A stretch of DNA of 64,000 bases, from contig JAKMXF010000222.1 in assembly GCA_024704765.1 (NCBI GenBank), positions 1,616,400 to 1,680,399 on the forward strand, read 5' to 3'. Numbering within the stretch: the first letter of the stretch is position 1; each line of letters begins with the position of its first letter. Origin of the DNA: Oopsacas minuta (taxonomy: Eukaryota; Animalia; Porifera). The notes beneath the pieces were generated by a model, which made no database searches, was not told where the DNA came from, and worked only from the letters and a program-made list of their open reading frames with translations. Made by a program: the position numbers and the translations under genes. Positions 36,057-48,293 of this stretch are shown one piece after another.

Positions 36057-37682
36057 CTAGAGAGGAATGTTCCCGTGCTTTTTCCACGGATTTTCCAGCT
36101 TTTTATCCCTGAGTATGTAAAGAGCTTCACATATCTTTTTCCTTGTTTCCCTCGGCTGAATAATATCATCAACATATCCTAGTTTAGCAGCTTCAAAAGG
36201 GTTACTGAATTTATCATTATAATCATCCTCTAATTCCTGTAAGTTATCCTTATCCCGGTGTAGAATAGCTACTGCTCCTTTCGCTCCCATTACTGCTATC
36301 TCAGATGTCGGCCATGCATAGTTGAAATCTCCTCTTAGATGTTTTGAGCTCATTACGTCATAAGCACCACCATAAGCTTTACGAGTGATTACAGTTATCT
36401 TGGGAACTGTAGCCTCAGCAAACGCATACAATAGCTTAGCTCCATGACGTATAATACCGCCGTACTCCTGCTGAGTACCAGGGAGGAAACCAGGCACGTC
36501 AACAAAGGTAATTATAGGAATATTAAAGCAATCGCAGAACCTCACGAAGCGAGCTGCCTTCACTGACGAATTTATGTCAAGACAGCCTGCTAGCACTTTA
36601 GGTTGATTCGCTACTATTCCTACAGTCTGTCCGTTCATACGAGCAAATCCTATAATAATATTCTTAGCATAGTCTGGCATTATCTCATAGAACTCTCGAT
36701 GATCTGTAACAAATATGAGAACATCTTTAATATCATAAGGTTGGTCTGAAAAGTGAGGGACTATAATATCCAATGCTTCTTCTATTCTGTGAGGCGGGTC
36801 ATTATTCTTTGAGATAGGAGATAATTCTTTGTTATTTGCAGGTAACAAACACATGAACTCTCTGAGATACCTCAATATTTTGAGGTCGCTATCAAATGCT
36901 ATATGAGCTACACCTGATTGAGTGGTGTGTGTACGAGCCCCGCCTAGCTTCTCTAATGTTATCTCCTCCCCTGTAACTTGCTTAACCACATTAGGTCCTG
37001 TCACGAATAGGTACGACGTGTCTCGTACCATAAAAGTGAAATCTGTCATAGCTGGGGAGTACACAGCTCCCCCAGCACATGCTCCCATTATCACAGATAT
37101 CTGTGGTATAACTCCTGAAGCCATAACATTGCGTTGAAATATATCAGCATATCCGGCTAGTGATTCTACCCCTTCTTGTATCCTAGCACCTCCTGAATCA
37201 TTCAGTCCGATAACAGGACATCCACTTAACATTGCTTTGTCCATAACTTTACATATTTTTTTTGCATGAGCCATTGATAAGCTACCAGCATGCACTGTAG
37301 CATCCTGACTGAACACGAATACCAAACGATTATGAATACATCCATGCCCTGTTATTACGCTATCTCCTGGGTTTCTCTTAGCAGGGTTATCCATACCAAA
37401 ATCATTGCAGGTATGTTCCATAAACATGTCATACTCATGGAATGTATCAGGATCTAACAGCAGGTTAATTCTCTCACGTGCTGTTAGCTTACCCTTATCA
37501 TGATGTTTATCAATAGCTGTCTGTCCTCCTCCTAATAGAGCTTTCTCTCTCTTCTCCTTCAGTTCAGCTATTACTTTATGGACACGGTTCATTGATTGTT
37601 GTCTCTTACTGAGATACAACATAGCAGGACTGTGAATGGAAAAGAAGGATGGAGAAATACGTCTTATACCAATGAGTGCCAT
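36057..37682 (-). CDS. PCCB: Propionyl-CoA carboxylase beta chain, mitochondrial; intronless
   Basis: Presequence-like N-terminus; [41 protein letters not shown] and C-terminal [10 protein letters not shown]. Confidence 0.97.
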   Translation of the reverse strand: MALIGIRRISPSFFSIHSPAMLYLSKRQQSMNRVHKVIAELKEKREKALLGGGQTAIDKHHDKGKLTARERINLLLDPDTFHEYDMFMEHTCNDFGMDNPAKRNPGDSVITGHGCIHNRLVFVFSQDATVHAGSLSMAHAKKICKVMDKAMLSGCPVIGLNDSGGARIQEGVESLAGYADIFQRNVMASGVIPQISVIMGACAGGAVYSPAMTDFTFMVRDTSYLFVTGPNVVKQVTGEEITLEKLGGARTHTTQSGVAHIAFDSDLKILRYLREFMCLLPANNKELSPISKNNDPPHRIEEALDIIVPHFSDQPYDIKDVLIFVTDHREFYEIMPDYAKNIIIGFARMNGQTVGIVANQPKVLAGCLDINSSVKAARFVRFCDCFNIPIITFVDVPGFLPGTQQEYGGIIRHGAKLLYAFAEATVPKITVITRKAYGGAYDVMSSKHLRGDFNYAWPTSEIAVMGAKGAVAILHRDKDNLQELEDDYNDKFSNPFEAAKLGYVDDIIQPRETRKKICEALYILRDKKLENPWKKHGNIPL

Positions 37683-37992
37683 TAATGCTTAAATTAAATA
37701 CCGTAGGTATATCTAATTAAGATTTTAGCAAATTATATTAAGCAATATACGTTGTATATTAACAAATGTTGTACCTGTTGTTACAAGTTCGAAATCAGGT
37801 TCACCTATGCAATTAAATACGCTAACAAATATAATCAGGTTATTCAAACCTGAGTTAATATACAGTAATAGTAATTACGTTGATTACATTTTCCTTTTGT
37901 GTTTTCGGAATTACTATAACAAACAATCCAAAGTTAGAAAGAAATGCAAAATGTAAATACACTTGACTCCATTTAATAGGGTCACATCGGGA

Positions 37993-38322
37993 CAGTACCG
38001 GATTTAGGAGTGTGCGGTTGAACAGGGCCCCCACAATTCAACGTCATTAATTTTATACACACTGTAATTCTACTTTAATCACTATAAATCTTATACTAGA
38101 AAACAAGCCTGCCACGCTGCCACTGGGCGAAATAGGCCTGCGGCTAGGGGGTACTACTTATAGGGTTGAATTTTACATATGCAAAATTTGAATACAATAA
38201 ATACAAGCATTCTAAATTGAGGATTGGGGACAGGTGGCCGAACCGTGACGGCTTTGAATTGGCTTCAGGGGGCCCGGGAATTGCCCTCGAACAGGGCCCC
38301 CACATACCTAAATCCGGCACTG
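37993..38322. mobile_element. hAT-type MITE, 330 bp
   Basis: TIRs CAGTACCGGATTTAGG and CCTAAATCCGGCACTG; perfect 8-bp TSD CATCGGGA (37985-37992 and 38323-38330). Confidence 0.88.
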
Positions 38323-38751
38323 CATCGGGACAGTCCATTTCGAACAAATTAACCGGAGTAAATTAACGCTATTTGTATGGTTCTGTTTCTGGCTCCATTA
38401 AGCGGAGTCTAGAGTCTATTGTAAACTATTTTATTGAATTAAACAAAACAAATAATATATTTCTTGGACTTTTAAATGGAAATCCAGTAAATCCGATTTC
38501 CATTTTCAATATTCAAGATTGGATAATAATCATAATATCTAAATTACAAAGATAGTAATTTGCTACACAATTAAATATTTCCAAGTTATGATTTGTTGTG
38601 CTTAGAACAAATCATAACTTGTCAATATTCCTATTTTTGGAATATTTTTAGGTTAAAAAGATTCAATTCGCAAACATTGAAGTATTAATTTTTCTTTTAT
38701 GCAATAAAAAAAACTGGTTATTTTTTACTATGATACTACATAGCAGTTTAA

Positions 38752-39951
38752 ATGATAGGATATAGTGATGAGTTAACAGACATAACAACCACTGTTGAGA
38801 AGCAGGAAGGAGTTATATTCGCTAAGTCAGCTATAGTGTATAGACAGATGTACTCCGGACAAGATATACTAGCTCCTAACAGTAGCTTCACTACAGACAA
38901 GATGGATAATAGGGGGTACCTGCCAGTTGAGTGGTGGATAATTTCACTGGTTACGGCAGAGAACACCATTAAGAAGGAAAAGGAAGGGCTAACCGTTCTT
39001 TTGTGTGAGAAAGAAATACTAATAACAAATGCAGTTAAAATTGCAGAGAAACAGCTGTTTGGAGATTACTTGGATAAATGGCCGTTAACTAAAGTGCTAG
39101 ATATAGGAGGAGATAAAGTGGTACCTGAATACGATACTGGATTAGGAGAGGCAGAGATACCCCCGATACCATGTCATGTCCATGCAGGGTGTGTCAAAGA
39201 TGGGAAATGTCAGGGTCAAGGAAAAGATGAAGCTTACTTCTTCCCACCTCTTAACGTACGGCCTTACAATAAAATAATGCCTCCTGTAAAAACTAGAATA
39301 GGAATCAAGCCTGATACACAGAAGGAAACTGTAATAGCTAGTTTAGCACAGTATGGCAGAAATGATGTAATGTATAGTCTGTTACAAGTTCATGATGTTT
39401 ATCCATGGTCTAGCTGGATGATTCCAGCTAAGGTGGTACATGCCCCTGGCCCCTGGGTAACATTTGAGATACAGCGGCCACAAGATGACTTCAATCTGCT
39501 CGCCTGGAGGATGGGAAGTAAAATACAAAGTGATTATCTACAAACTCACAAACAGGATTTGCAGCTTAGAGGACTTGTTGATGAAAAGAATTTGTTTGAG
39601 CAAACAATTGACTGGGAAATGAACATCCAACCAACATTAATAGATAAATTATCTCAAAAGTGTAAAGTTTTAGAGGAAGGTACTTGGGGTAAGAAATTAC
39701 AGATATTTTACCATCTGTTTTATGGAGAGGGACTGATAATCGCTCCAGGACAGAGTGTTAAATTGAATAAGTGTGAAAAACCGCGAGGAGGAATATGCTG
39801 GAGTGGTTACGGTAAAGTCAACAAACTTGATTTACTCTGTACTAGTGTGACACAAAGGGAGTTTTTAGTAACACCCTACGGGAATCTGCACATAGAAAAT
39901 TCCAGTACTGATGCAGAGCTGATAATATTCCTAGTTCTACCAATAGTTTAG
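38752..39951 (+). CDS. Bacterial-type class I phosphomannose-isomerase-like cupin protein
   Basis: 399-aa intronless ORF with KVLD, IPCHVH, GKDEAYFFPP, IPAKVVHAPG and TFEIQRPQDD: the His/His/Glu/His metal-binding layout of PMI-type cupins. Confidence 0.7.
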   Translation: MIGYSDELTDITTTVEKQEGVIFAKSAIVYRQMYSGQDILAPNSSFTTDKMDNRGYLPVEWWIISLVTAENTIKKEKEGLTVLLCEKEILITNAVKIAEKQLFGDYLDKWPLTKVLDIGGDKVVPEYDTGLGEAEIPPIPCHVHAGCVKDGKCQGQGKDEAYFFPPLNVRPYNKIMPPVKTRIGIKPDTQKETVIASLAQYGRNDVMYSLLQVHDVYPWSSWMIPAKVVHAPGPWVTFEIQRPQDDFNLLAWRMGSKIQSDYLQTHKQDLQLRGLVDEKNLFEQTIDWEMNIQPTLIDKLSQKCKVLEEGTWGKKLQIFYHLFYGEGLIIAPGQSVKLNKCEKPRGGICWSGYGKVNKLDLLCTSVTQREFLVTPYGNLHIENSSTDAELIIFLVLPIV

Positions 39952-40239
39952 ATTATAATCTATAACTAGCTAATTGCATACATTGGTAGCGATAGGGTAC
40001 TGTTCCTAATAAAGTATTCCCCTTAATTGTACTGATGTTTTAAGTGTATAATTCACTTGGTATTCTAGGTTTTTAATAGATTAGCGTCAGGCTCGCTCCA
40101 CATATTACCCAGCGTCTCTAAAAGCGTTATTATGCATAAATTAGGAAATCACTACATATCAAACTTCTCGGAATGAAAACCACTATAGAGAATAATGAAA
40201 CACCGAGTTTAAGCCTGTAACTAATTTTCATTTCTACTC

Positions 40240-40958
40240 CAGTTAAATTCTGTTGCCAATCAAATGAGTTATTAGTTACAAAAATATAATCTTGAGCATC
40301 AGGACGCTACAGATATCCCTCCTCTGCTAACTTATATAATTCTTCATCTGTGTGTACAGTGTACCTTTTATTTAGGTATTCGTTTGTTCACCTACCGATT
40401 ATTAACACTTTTTCACCAATCTCTCCTCGCTCTATCAACCCTCTTATGATACCTACATTCCTAATTAGATCAAACCTTGGGTATAACATATCTCCATTGG
40501 TAAAGTCGTAAAAGAAAGATATACTGAAACCAGAAAGTATCCGCCTTGGTAACAGGTAGAATTTTGTTATCAATAGCTAATGCTAGGCCAATTGCATTTG
40601 AATCAGAAGTGATTACTAATTGATAAATTCTAGGTAGTAATCCTCCCATCATGGCTAGTGTATTCTGATAATGAGCTTGTGAGAATGTAGCCATTACATA
40701 TTCTTTGCTGTCGAGCTCATAACATGAAAGGTTTGGATAATCAAATGTGGTGAAGATGATTGCCAACAATGTCAAGTTTGAATGAGAATTAACCTGGTGA
40801 ATTCTGATGGCATAGGAATGTTAGTATGTGTATTTGAGAAATATGTCATAGTTGTACGGAACAAGAAACAAAGAAATAAAAATAAAGAAGTAACTAATGA
40901 GAATCGCTCTTCTCCGAATACGAGACCGATTAGGTTTCTGCACTTTAGTGAAAAACAT
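40240..40958 (-). pseudogene. Processed-looking pseudogene of a type II membrane GT-A-like (glycosyltransferase-like) protein
   Basis: ATG at 40958, basic tail plus TM helix, then FTTF, YQNTL, FFYDFTNGDML, VLIIGR*TN and PDAQDYIFVT..SFDW. Lesions: TAA 40823-40821, frameshift or deletion near 40520, TGA 40390-40388, TAG 40309-40307. Confidence 0.6.
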
Positions 40959-41272
40959 TTCTAGATTAATACGTAAAATAAACTAATTTTAGAAATCAGC
41001 AAGTGATCAAAACAACTGTAATAATATTATTAACAGTAGTGATGAAAAGAAATCTCAAAAATGAGTGAAAACAAAGGAATTTTGAAAATCCTAGGCGGCA
41101 GAAACACAATGTACGTATTTAGCAGAATAATCTGAGAAGAATAAAATAATTCCAAAACAGTTCATATAGCAACACAGATGAAGAGACATTGTAGATAATC
41201 ATTTAATTATAATTGAATGTAATTCTCTTGATTGAACTGATAAAAGCATATCTTCTGGAATTAACAGAAATT

Positions 41273-44200
41273 ATGTTAAACATACTTCATTATTATCCCA
41301 AGTTTGATAACACAAGATGTACACATAACACTAGATACTCTGTAGGAAACCCCCCCAAATGGAAATGCGTAGAGTGTAGCTTATTGCTTCTGAATGATAG
41401 CAGGATTCCTCTCATCAACAAATACACTACTATAGATGAACTCTGCTACGCGGCAGAGAACAAACTAGATTTTAACAATACTCTTAGTTGTGGACATGAT
41501 ACAGGATTCAGGTTAGCTAGAGTACTAATAGACTTCTCTCTGTCCAATCTAGTGCTAGAAGAGTACAGCAAGAGGTTACAAGACCTGGTTATATCTCTCC
41601 TGGAATCTCCTAACTCCTGTCAACAGAGGCAATACATATTATCACACCTCCTCATGAAAATAAACAATATTCCTCTTACAAGGAAACAAGAACCTGCTTT
41701 GTGTTTATTCGTTGAGCTTACTGAGAGGTACAGTGGTTCTGAATTCGCGAGTAATCCCTCCCAGATTTCACACCTACTAGACAAACTAATATATTTCCTA
41801 TTAGAACCTGATCCAGCTATCCAGAATGTAATCCTGAGAGGGATCAGTAGCATGTTACAACACTGGTCAATTGGAATTCTCTCAGAGTTACAGTTAACTC
41901 GGCTAAGTTCTGCTCTTGTACAAATAATAGATAGATCAGGCAGTTATTCAATGTATTCCCAGTCTTTCATAATATTATCTACTCTGCTACAACAATCACA
42001 ATTGAGAGCTATATTGTGTAGAAGTATTGCTTCAGAGTCTAGCATTAAACCGTGTGTAGAAGGTATTAAGAAATTGATTCTATCTAGTGATACTAATTGG
42101 CAAACTAGCGGTCTACATTTCCTGTTGGAGCTAATCAGCCTAGAGCAGAGCTTTCTAGAGTTCTCTCTCAAATCAGATCTAGCAGAATATGTATTAGAGT
42201 GTAGTGCATCTAGTCTACAGGATTCTGTGTTACAACTCGTGTTAGCTAACTTAGCTGTATTCTGTAAGGATATTACTTATTTCTCACAAATGCATCATTT
42301 ATTTGCAGTTGTACCTCTATACAGAATCCTAAGATACAGTATAGACTCGGAGTGTTACCATAGATTACTGAAGTGTGTGGATATTCTAGTTAGCATATTT
42401 GAAACAGGAGCAACGAGAGGACCAGTCATTAGCAAAGAGGAAGAATACGTTACAAGTCTTGAGCAAATCAAGTGTGCAGTAGGGCATCACAACACTGAAA
42501 TAGCCATTGCATCGTCTCATCTCTTCTCTCTCATGTTAAAACAAGAATTGGCATCCTCTCTCAAATCAGAGAGTGAAGTTTTGGTTGTATCCATCTTCGC
42601 AGAAATTCAAAAGCGAATAACAACCATGGAACAGACACACTCATTTATTAAACAAGAATACCCCACTGAGAATAGAGATGTGAACACTAATTTTGAAGAA
42701 TATTTCGGTACCACTTTGAATTGTGAATTATCAGCTCTGAAAGCAGTTTTTGTTAGAGAAATAAAGCAAGTTGTTAGATCTGATTCTAATGAAAACAAAC
42801 TGAAGGATTATGTCCTGGTATTCTACGAGCAATTCTTACTACCAACCTTTCTAAAGCTTATTTATCAATTATCTCCAAGAACTACTACTCAATTCTGTTA
42901 CATAACATTAGAATTAGTCTCTAATATTCCTCAGTCAGTTGAGCTAACTAACAGACTGGTGGAATGCTCACTAATACAAATTCTATTGAATATTCGTTTG
43001 CGTGGAAGTGAAGAAAAGAGGGATGTCTCAATAAACAATTTGATAAAACAATTATGTATAGTGCTGATACGAGACCAGGAAGAGAGCATATGTGTGTCTG
43101 AATATATAGACTCATTTCTAGGACTCGGTGTATGCTCAACATTCAATGACGTCACTAAATTCATGCTAGATAATGTCACATCAGGAAGACTCGATCAACA
43201 GATTATCGGATTCATAGCAATACTGTATCTGATAATACAGAGATCGGTTGTAAATCTGTTGTATTTTAAACAGTTCCTAGTTACAACAACTCAGTTTATA
43301 TTCACACAATGTAGCCTACCTTCTAGAAGGCTTAAAAATATCCTCTTGAAGTATATTATATTCCTAACTAGCTATCTCAGTAACAGCGAGGATTTAACTG
43401 ATCGGGATCAGCAGATTAGCATAATTGATTGCTTGAATGAAGAAATGCGTAGTTTTTCAAGTGAATTATCCATCCTATACACTCACCATGTATTGGTAAT
43501 AAGATTAGTGTATTGTGTTAATGCTTCTTGTCTCCTCACATTGAGACTACCATTCCTCCGTTTATGGTTAATACATTCAGAAGAATTTACAGAACAACAG
43601 GCAGATGAGCGAGGAGATATTCTCTTTCTCTCATATTAGCTTCTAATCAAATGGCTACAGATATTGCAATGCTAGCTCATGAGTTCGAATCAAATTCCAG
43701 GATAGGATTATTTATAATATCAAGGAAAATACTTACTCTACCAACTCGGATATCGAATGATATATTCATGAGAAAGATAATTTCATCTCTAGAATACAAT
43801 CTAACTAGACCAAGAAACGAGCTGCTAGAAGAGAATATATTAAATCACCTGTTACAGCTACTAGTGATAGCTCATCATTTCCACTCCAAACATACTACAA
43901 TGAGTATTAAACTTAGCTACCAATTAATAAATATCGTCCTTAACGATAAGTACGATCATCATACAATCTCTAATGCTTTCGATTTGATGAATTTGATGCT
44001 AAAAGTTGAATCTATTATGGGAGAGCAACAAGTTTTGACGCTAACAATTGGATATAAAGATTTCTTAAAAAGTATTTTCAAAAAATATTTCAACAAAAAC
44101 TCAATTGTATTTCAACAGTTGTCATTCTTGGTTTCAACTCTGATAAAGCAATGTAATAAAACTAATATTCCATTTCCTATTGAACTGGAATTTGAAGAAT

Positions 44201-44928
44201 TGATCCAAATATTACTGAGTACTGATCGTTCTGTCCGTAGCGGTGCATTGAATGTCGCAACCAGAATATTCGAGACCAAACAACTATCTCTTTTCCAGGA
44301 ATTCAAGAAGGATAAGTATGTATTAGCTCCTAGTACAAAGTTAGTGCGCTGTCTCTCAGGATTAGTCTTTCTGTTGTACAATTTAATGATAGACACAGAT
44401 GCGAGCACCCAAGAAAATTCCACATCATGCCTTGCTTTTCTAATAGATTGTGTGTATTCTTTTAATTGGGGAGATAATACTCTGAAAGACCTATTCAGGA
44501 ATAAGTGGAACACGTACTTACTAGAAACACTGCTTCTAGGATTAGACGATATCAATTTGGTTGTTATAACATTCTACTGTAAGAAGCTCATTACGAAGAT
44601 ATATCGTCAAGACCCATCAGATAAATCCAAGCTATATAATCAGGTGTTTAAACTATTCACTACAGCTAAACTGTATCAATTATCTTCATTAGCATTTTAT
44701 GAATTCTTTCGTGAAAGTATTCCACACTTAGAAGCTACATTTGTAAGAGACACATTAGATATTGTTTGCAATACATTCGAAGAAGCGAAGAAGAATGTCA
44801 AGGCAGAGAATGACAGTGACATAGTACACTTCACTGACTTTAACATGGATCAGAAAATGCCACTCTCACATAACCTGACTATTACACAAAGAGGAATTGA
44901 GATTACTGCACTTAGGATGAATTTGTGA
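41273..44928 (+). pseudogene. MEI1: Meiosis inhibitor protein 1 (MEI1), full length but split by one frameshift at about 43625-43633
   Basis: Matches recalled MEI1 motifs: H..R....KCVECSLLLL.D..I.LI.K, KKLILSSD, SDLAEYVLE, YFSQMHHLFAV and YTHH...LRLW. ORF1 (ATG 41273 to TAG 43639) and ORF2 (43651-44928) join into about 1220 aa if one TC is removed from TTCTCTTTCTCTCAT. Could be a real lesion or an assembly error. Confidence 0.85.
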
Positions 44929-45751
44929 ATAATAATACATTGCCAGACAGAGCACGTTATCCTCCTGGAACAACTACGATCTATTAATCATCTACTCACT
45001 CATTTAAGGAAGAAATAGAATTGTCTAGTTAAAGTTAAAATATGACGATAAAGTATAAATTTCTGAACGAGAATTCTCAGGAGTGATTGTATGCTGATTT
45101 AACTAAATTTATTTCAATGTGTTGATTGTTTTTCAACTGAAATATGTTTGATATCATACAATTATAAACATTTTACTAGATAATCTTTTCGATTATCGTT
45201 AAAACAGGTCTTATCTCAAATGCAGACTTTTGGCTTTCCTATAGCTATATCCATATGGTACAGCGGCTTGCATTAAGAGCAAATTCTGAATCTAAGTTCA
45301 TTAATTTGGAATTCAATTCCGGAAAGTAGAACAATAATAGAAACAATCAGAATACAAAATGTTCTGATTAATTGGTTAATCGGTTAACCCGCATAATAGA
45401 TAACTCACACGGGAGCACAATCTTAATATAATTAGTAGACATATAGATATAATCCAATATTTCAGTTAATCTGGCATAACGCTTCATTTGTTCAAAGAAG
45501 TAATTTCTCGAATTACACAATAGATGATTTGTATAGTGAGTATACTGTTACAACAGTACATGTAGTGAATATGCTATACCAATTATATTACAACTTGTAA
45601 ACATTAATTCAATTACAAATTAGTCAATTAAGAAATTCTCTTCGATAATGTTTCACTAACAACATACAACCACGTATTATAATAACATATTATAATATTC
45701 TGCTTACCTTTAAACATAACTTTTAATAATTACAACTTTCAGAAGAAATTC

Positions 45752-48165
45752 TCATATTTCATCACCTGCCACACTATGTCTCTTCAGATAAACTGATGAT
45801 CTCTTCTTGGGTAGCTCAATATGACTGTACTCCTTAAGATCCGCATGCTGTTTCTCTATCATTAATCTGTATTCAGATAACTTAAGGGTTACTCTACCTG
45901 TCTCCTCTTCTATCAAATCCTCTAGACAAGGTATAACTGTAGCAAATAAGAAGCGCATACTCTTCAGGAGAAAAGATTTCATATTTCGATCTTCTTGCTG
46001 CCCCAGAGATTCAATTAAAACTTCTAAATGAGCTCTCATAAGCTCCTGGAGACAATCTTGTAAATGGCCTGAAAATTCAGGTAGAGTAATCTTCAGGGAG
46101 TAATATGTGAAATCATATAGGATTACGCTGAGCTCTACCGTTGCTCTTGTCAAGTCAATAATTCCATCTTCAAAAACTTCGTTTGAGAAGTCTTGCACTC
46201 CTAGACCTATCATCTTCTCAGTAATTTCGTTAAGCAGAGTTTCATTATTGATAAGATCGTAAGGTAACCAATAACAGGTGTCTATAGCAGCATTGGGTAG
46301 TGTTTTTAATACACTTTCAATCTTAATTTTCATTTGAGCTAGAAGTGGTGTCTTGAGAGAAAGGAGAAATGTGTGACCGAGATCCATCCCAATTTCGTTC
46401 ATCTTAGCTGTCCAGAAAAGAGCTATTTCCAAGCATTCAACTGGCTTGTCAATCTCTGATGTTTGGAATGAATGCTTGCAAAAGAGAGTACTGAAATATT
46501 TCAGTTCCTAAAACATAGTTACAATCAAATACTTTGTAAATACAAATAATTAAACACACTTACTTGAACACACCATACTACGAATGTGCTGTAACAAGCT
46601 ATACTACTCCCCGACCCTTTATCAGTCCCCTCTCCTCCAAACGCCTGCTGGAACTCAGAAGATGTGTCCTGTAGCCCCTCGATGAATGTACGAGATAACT
46701 TATCAATGAATATAACAATAGCTCCTTCAGCTTTCTGCTGTGCCAAATCATATCTGATAAGACGGGATCTGTTCTTGAGGAACAATTCACAGGCTTGTGC
46801 ATTTCTATCTAACCGTAGTAACAGCGCTACAGCTCTGCGTGAGGCACGAGGTCCGCCTCTCAAACTAGCTCCCCTACTCACCCTTAGTTCCTGTTTCAAG
46901 GCCTCCCCAAGCTGTTTTATACGTAGATCTATACGAGATCTGACGTCACGTAGTGCATGACTATCTGTGAAGTCTTTGAGATATGATTTAGCTCTTTCAA
47001 CCTACAAAAGTATACAACTAATCTTATGTTAACTATTAATAACTATATAACTAACTTGTTCTACTGCTTTCTCAAAGTCTCTCTGAGCTATAAGCACGTC
47101 CAGCTGCTCAGGCATCTCTTTAATCCAGTCCTGCTGTAAATCCATTTGTTGTTGTTTCAGACTCATCTGTCTTGTCACAGCTACAGAATCTTCTATGCTA
47201 GTTTTCCTACTGGGAGAGTTCTTCAGTTTAGCGCGGGCAGCTTTGTACTTCCTCTTCGTGTCTTCTAGGATAGATATCCATTGACACTTCTGCTCAGCAG
47301 AGTCTGCAGAGTAGAGATGACTGTCTGGGAATTTCAGAATCTTGAAAGCATTCCTGAGTCTGCGAGTTCCTGGAGTGCTACCTCTGATATTCTCACCGTC
47401 TTTAACAAGCACTACAGCTAGATTGTCAAGTTCTATCAAGATCTGGAATCTATACAAATTACATTATGAGAATTTTTTGTAGAAGCGTATTGATTACATT
47501 ACCTGAATTGTATAGGTCCTCTCCTCTGCCTCTTCCTGAGATATGTAGCTATGAGAAGAGAATCGTTTAGTAGGAAAGCTCTAATCTTTCTCATCTCATC
47601 TCCAGTCTCAGGATCTATTTCTTTGAGTTTCCCTGCAAACACGACACACCTCCCTGGCACATCTGTGAGGTGAGAACACCCCTCTACAATTTCCAGGAGA
47701 TAAGCTAGAGACCTGGGCTCCTCTCTTTGCTCCTGGGTCTCTCCCCCTCTCTCCTCATCCTGTGACGTGCTGGTTAAACCTAGTGTGCTTATCTACGAAA
47801 ATATAATACAGTAAATACACTATATTCTGTTGAAATAATTATTAGCCTACATCGTTGTTAGGATAGAGGAGCTGCTCTTGTTCATACATAATATGATTAA
47901 TTTGATGCATCTCTGTTTCCAGCTGAGACACATCCTTGCTAGTGTTAATGAATTGCTGGTAATTCCTATAGACATTCATCTTAAGCTCGTGAGCTGTCTC
48001 GTCGGCCACAGCCTGTATCTTCTGTCTGGTTATCTCAAGATTTTCCCTGGTATCAGATATACACAGGTTTTGTACGAATTCGTCGGGACTGAATGGTTCA
48101 TGTTTTAAACGGTTCTTAAGCTCTCGTACTGTTACATTCATTTTACTAACTTGTTGTCTAAACAT
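45752..48165 (-). CDS. EXOC8: Exocyst complex component 8 (Exo84)
   Basis: Phase-consistent exons 48165-47851, 47792-47503, 47449-47056, 47001-46564, 46507-45752. Motifs NVYRNYQQFINTSKDVSQLETEM, AFLLNDSLLIA, EQLDVLIAQRDFEKAV and LLRLDRNAQACELFLKNRS. Confidence 0.95.
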
Positions 48166-48293
48166 GTATAATTTTCATAGTAGGTTTATTCGAAGAAATT
48201 CCAATCTTGCAATAATTATTACTAAATACTCCTAAAACAATAAATCATTTTTACATGCAAATTGTTAACCAAATTCAAAATTATTAGACCAAA

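Noticed and set aside
11260-40958. Stop-codon reassignment or A-to-I 'stop-to-Trp' editing as an explanation for the in-frame stops
   Set aside because: Intact genes end in TAA, TAG and TGA and have no internal stops. The pseudogene stops are of all three types, align to residues such as Tyr, Gln and Arg rather than Trp, and co-occur with frameshifts.
43567-43639. An intron ending at the pyrimidine-rich AG 43638-43639 that would rejoin MEI1
   Set aside because: The nearest donor (GTTAAT, 43567) gives the wrong phase and a stop; phase-compatible donors upstream would delete the conserved-looking YTHH...LRLW segment.
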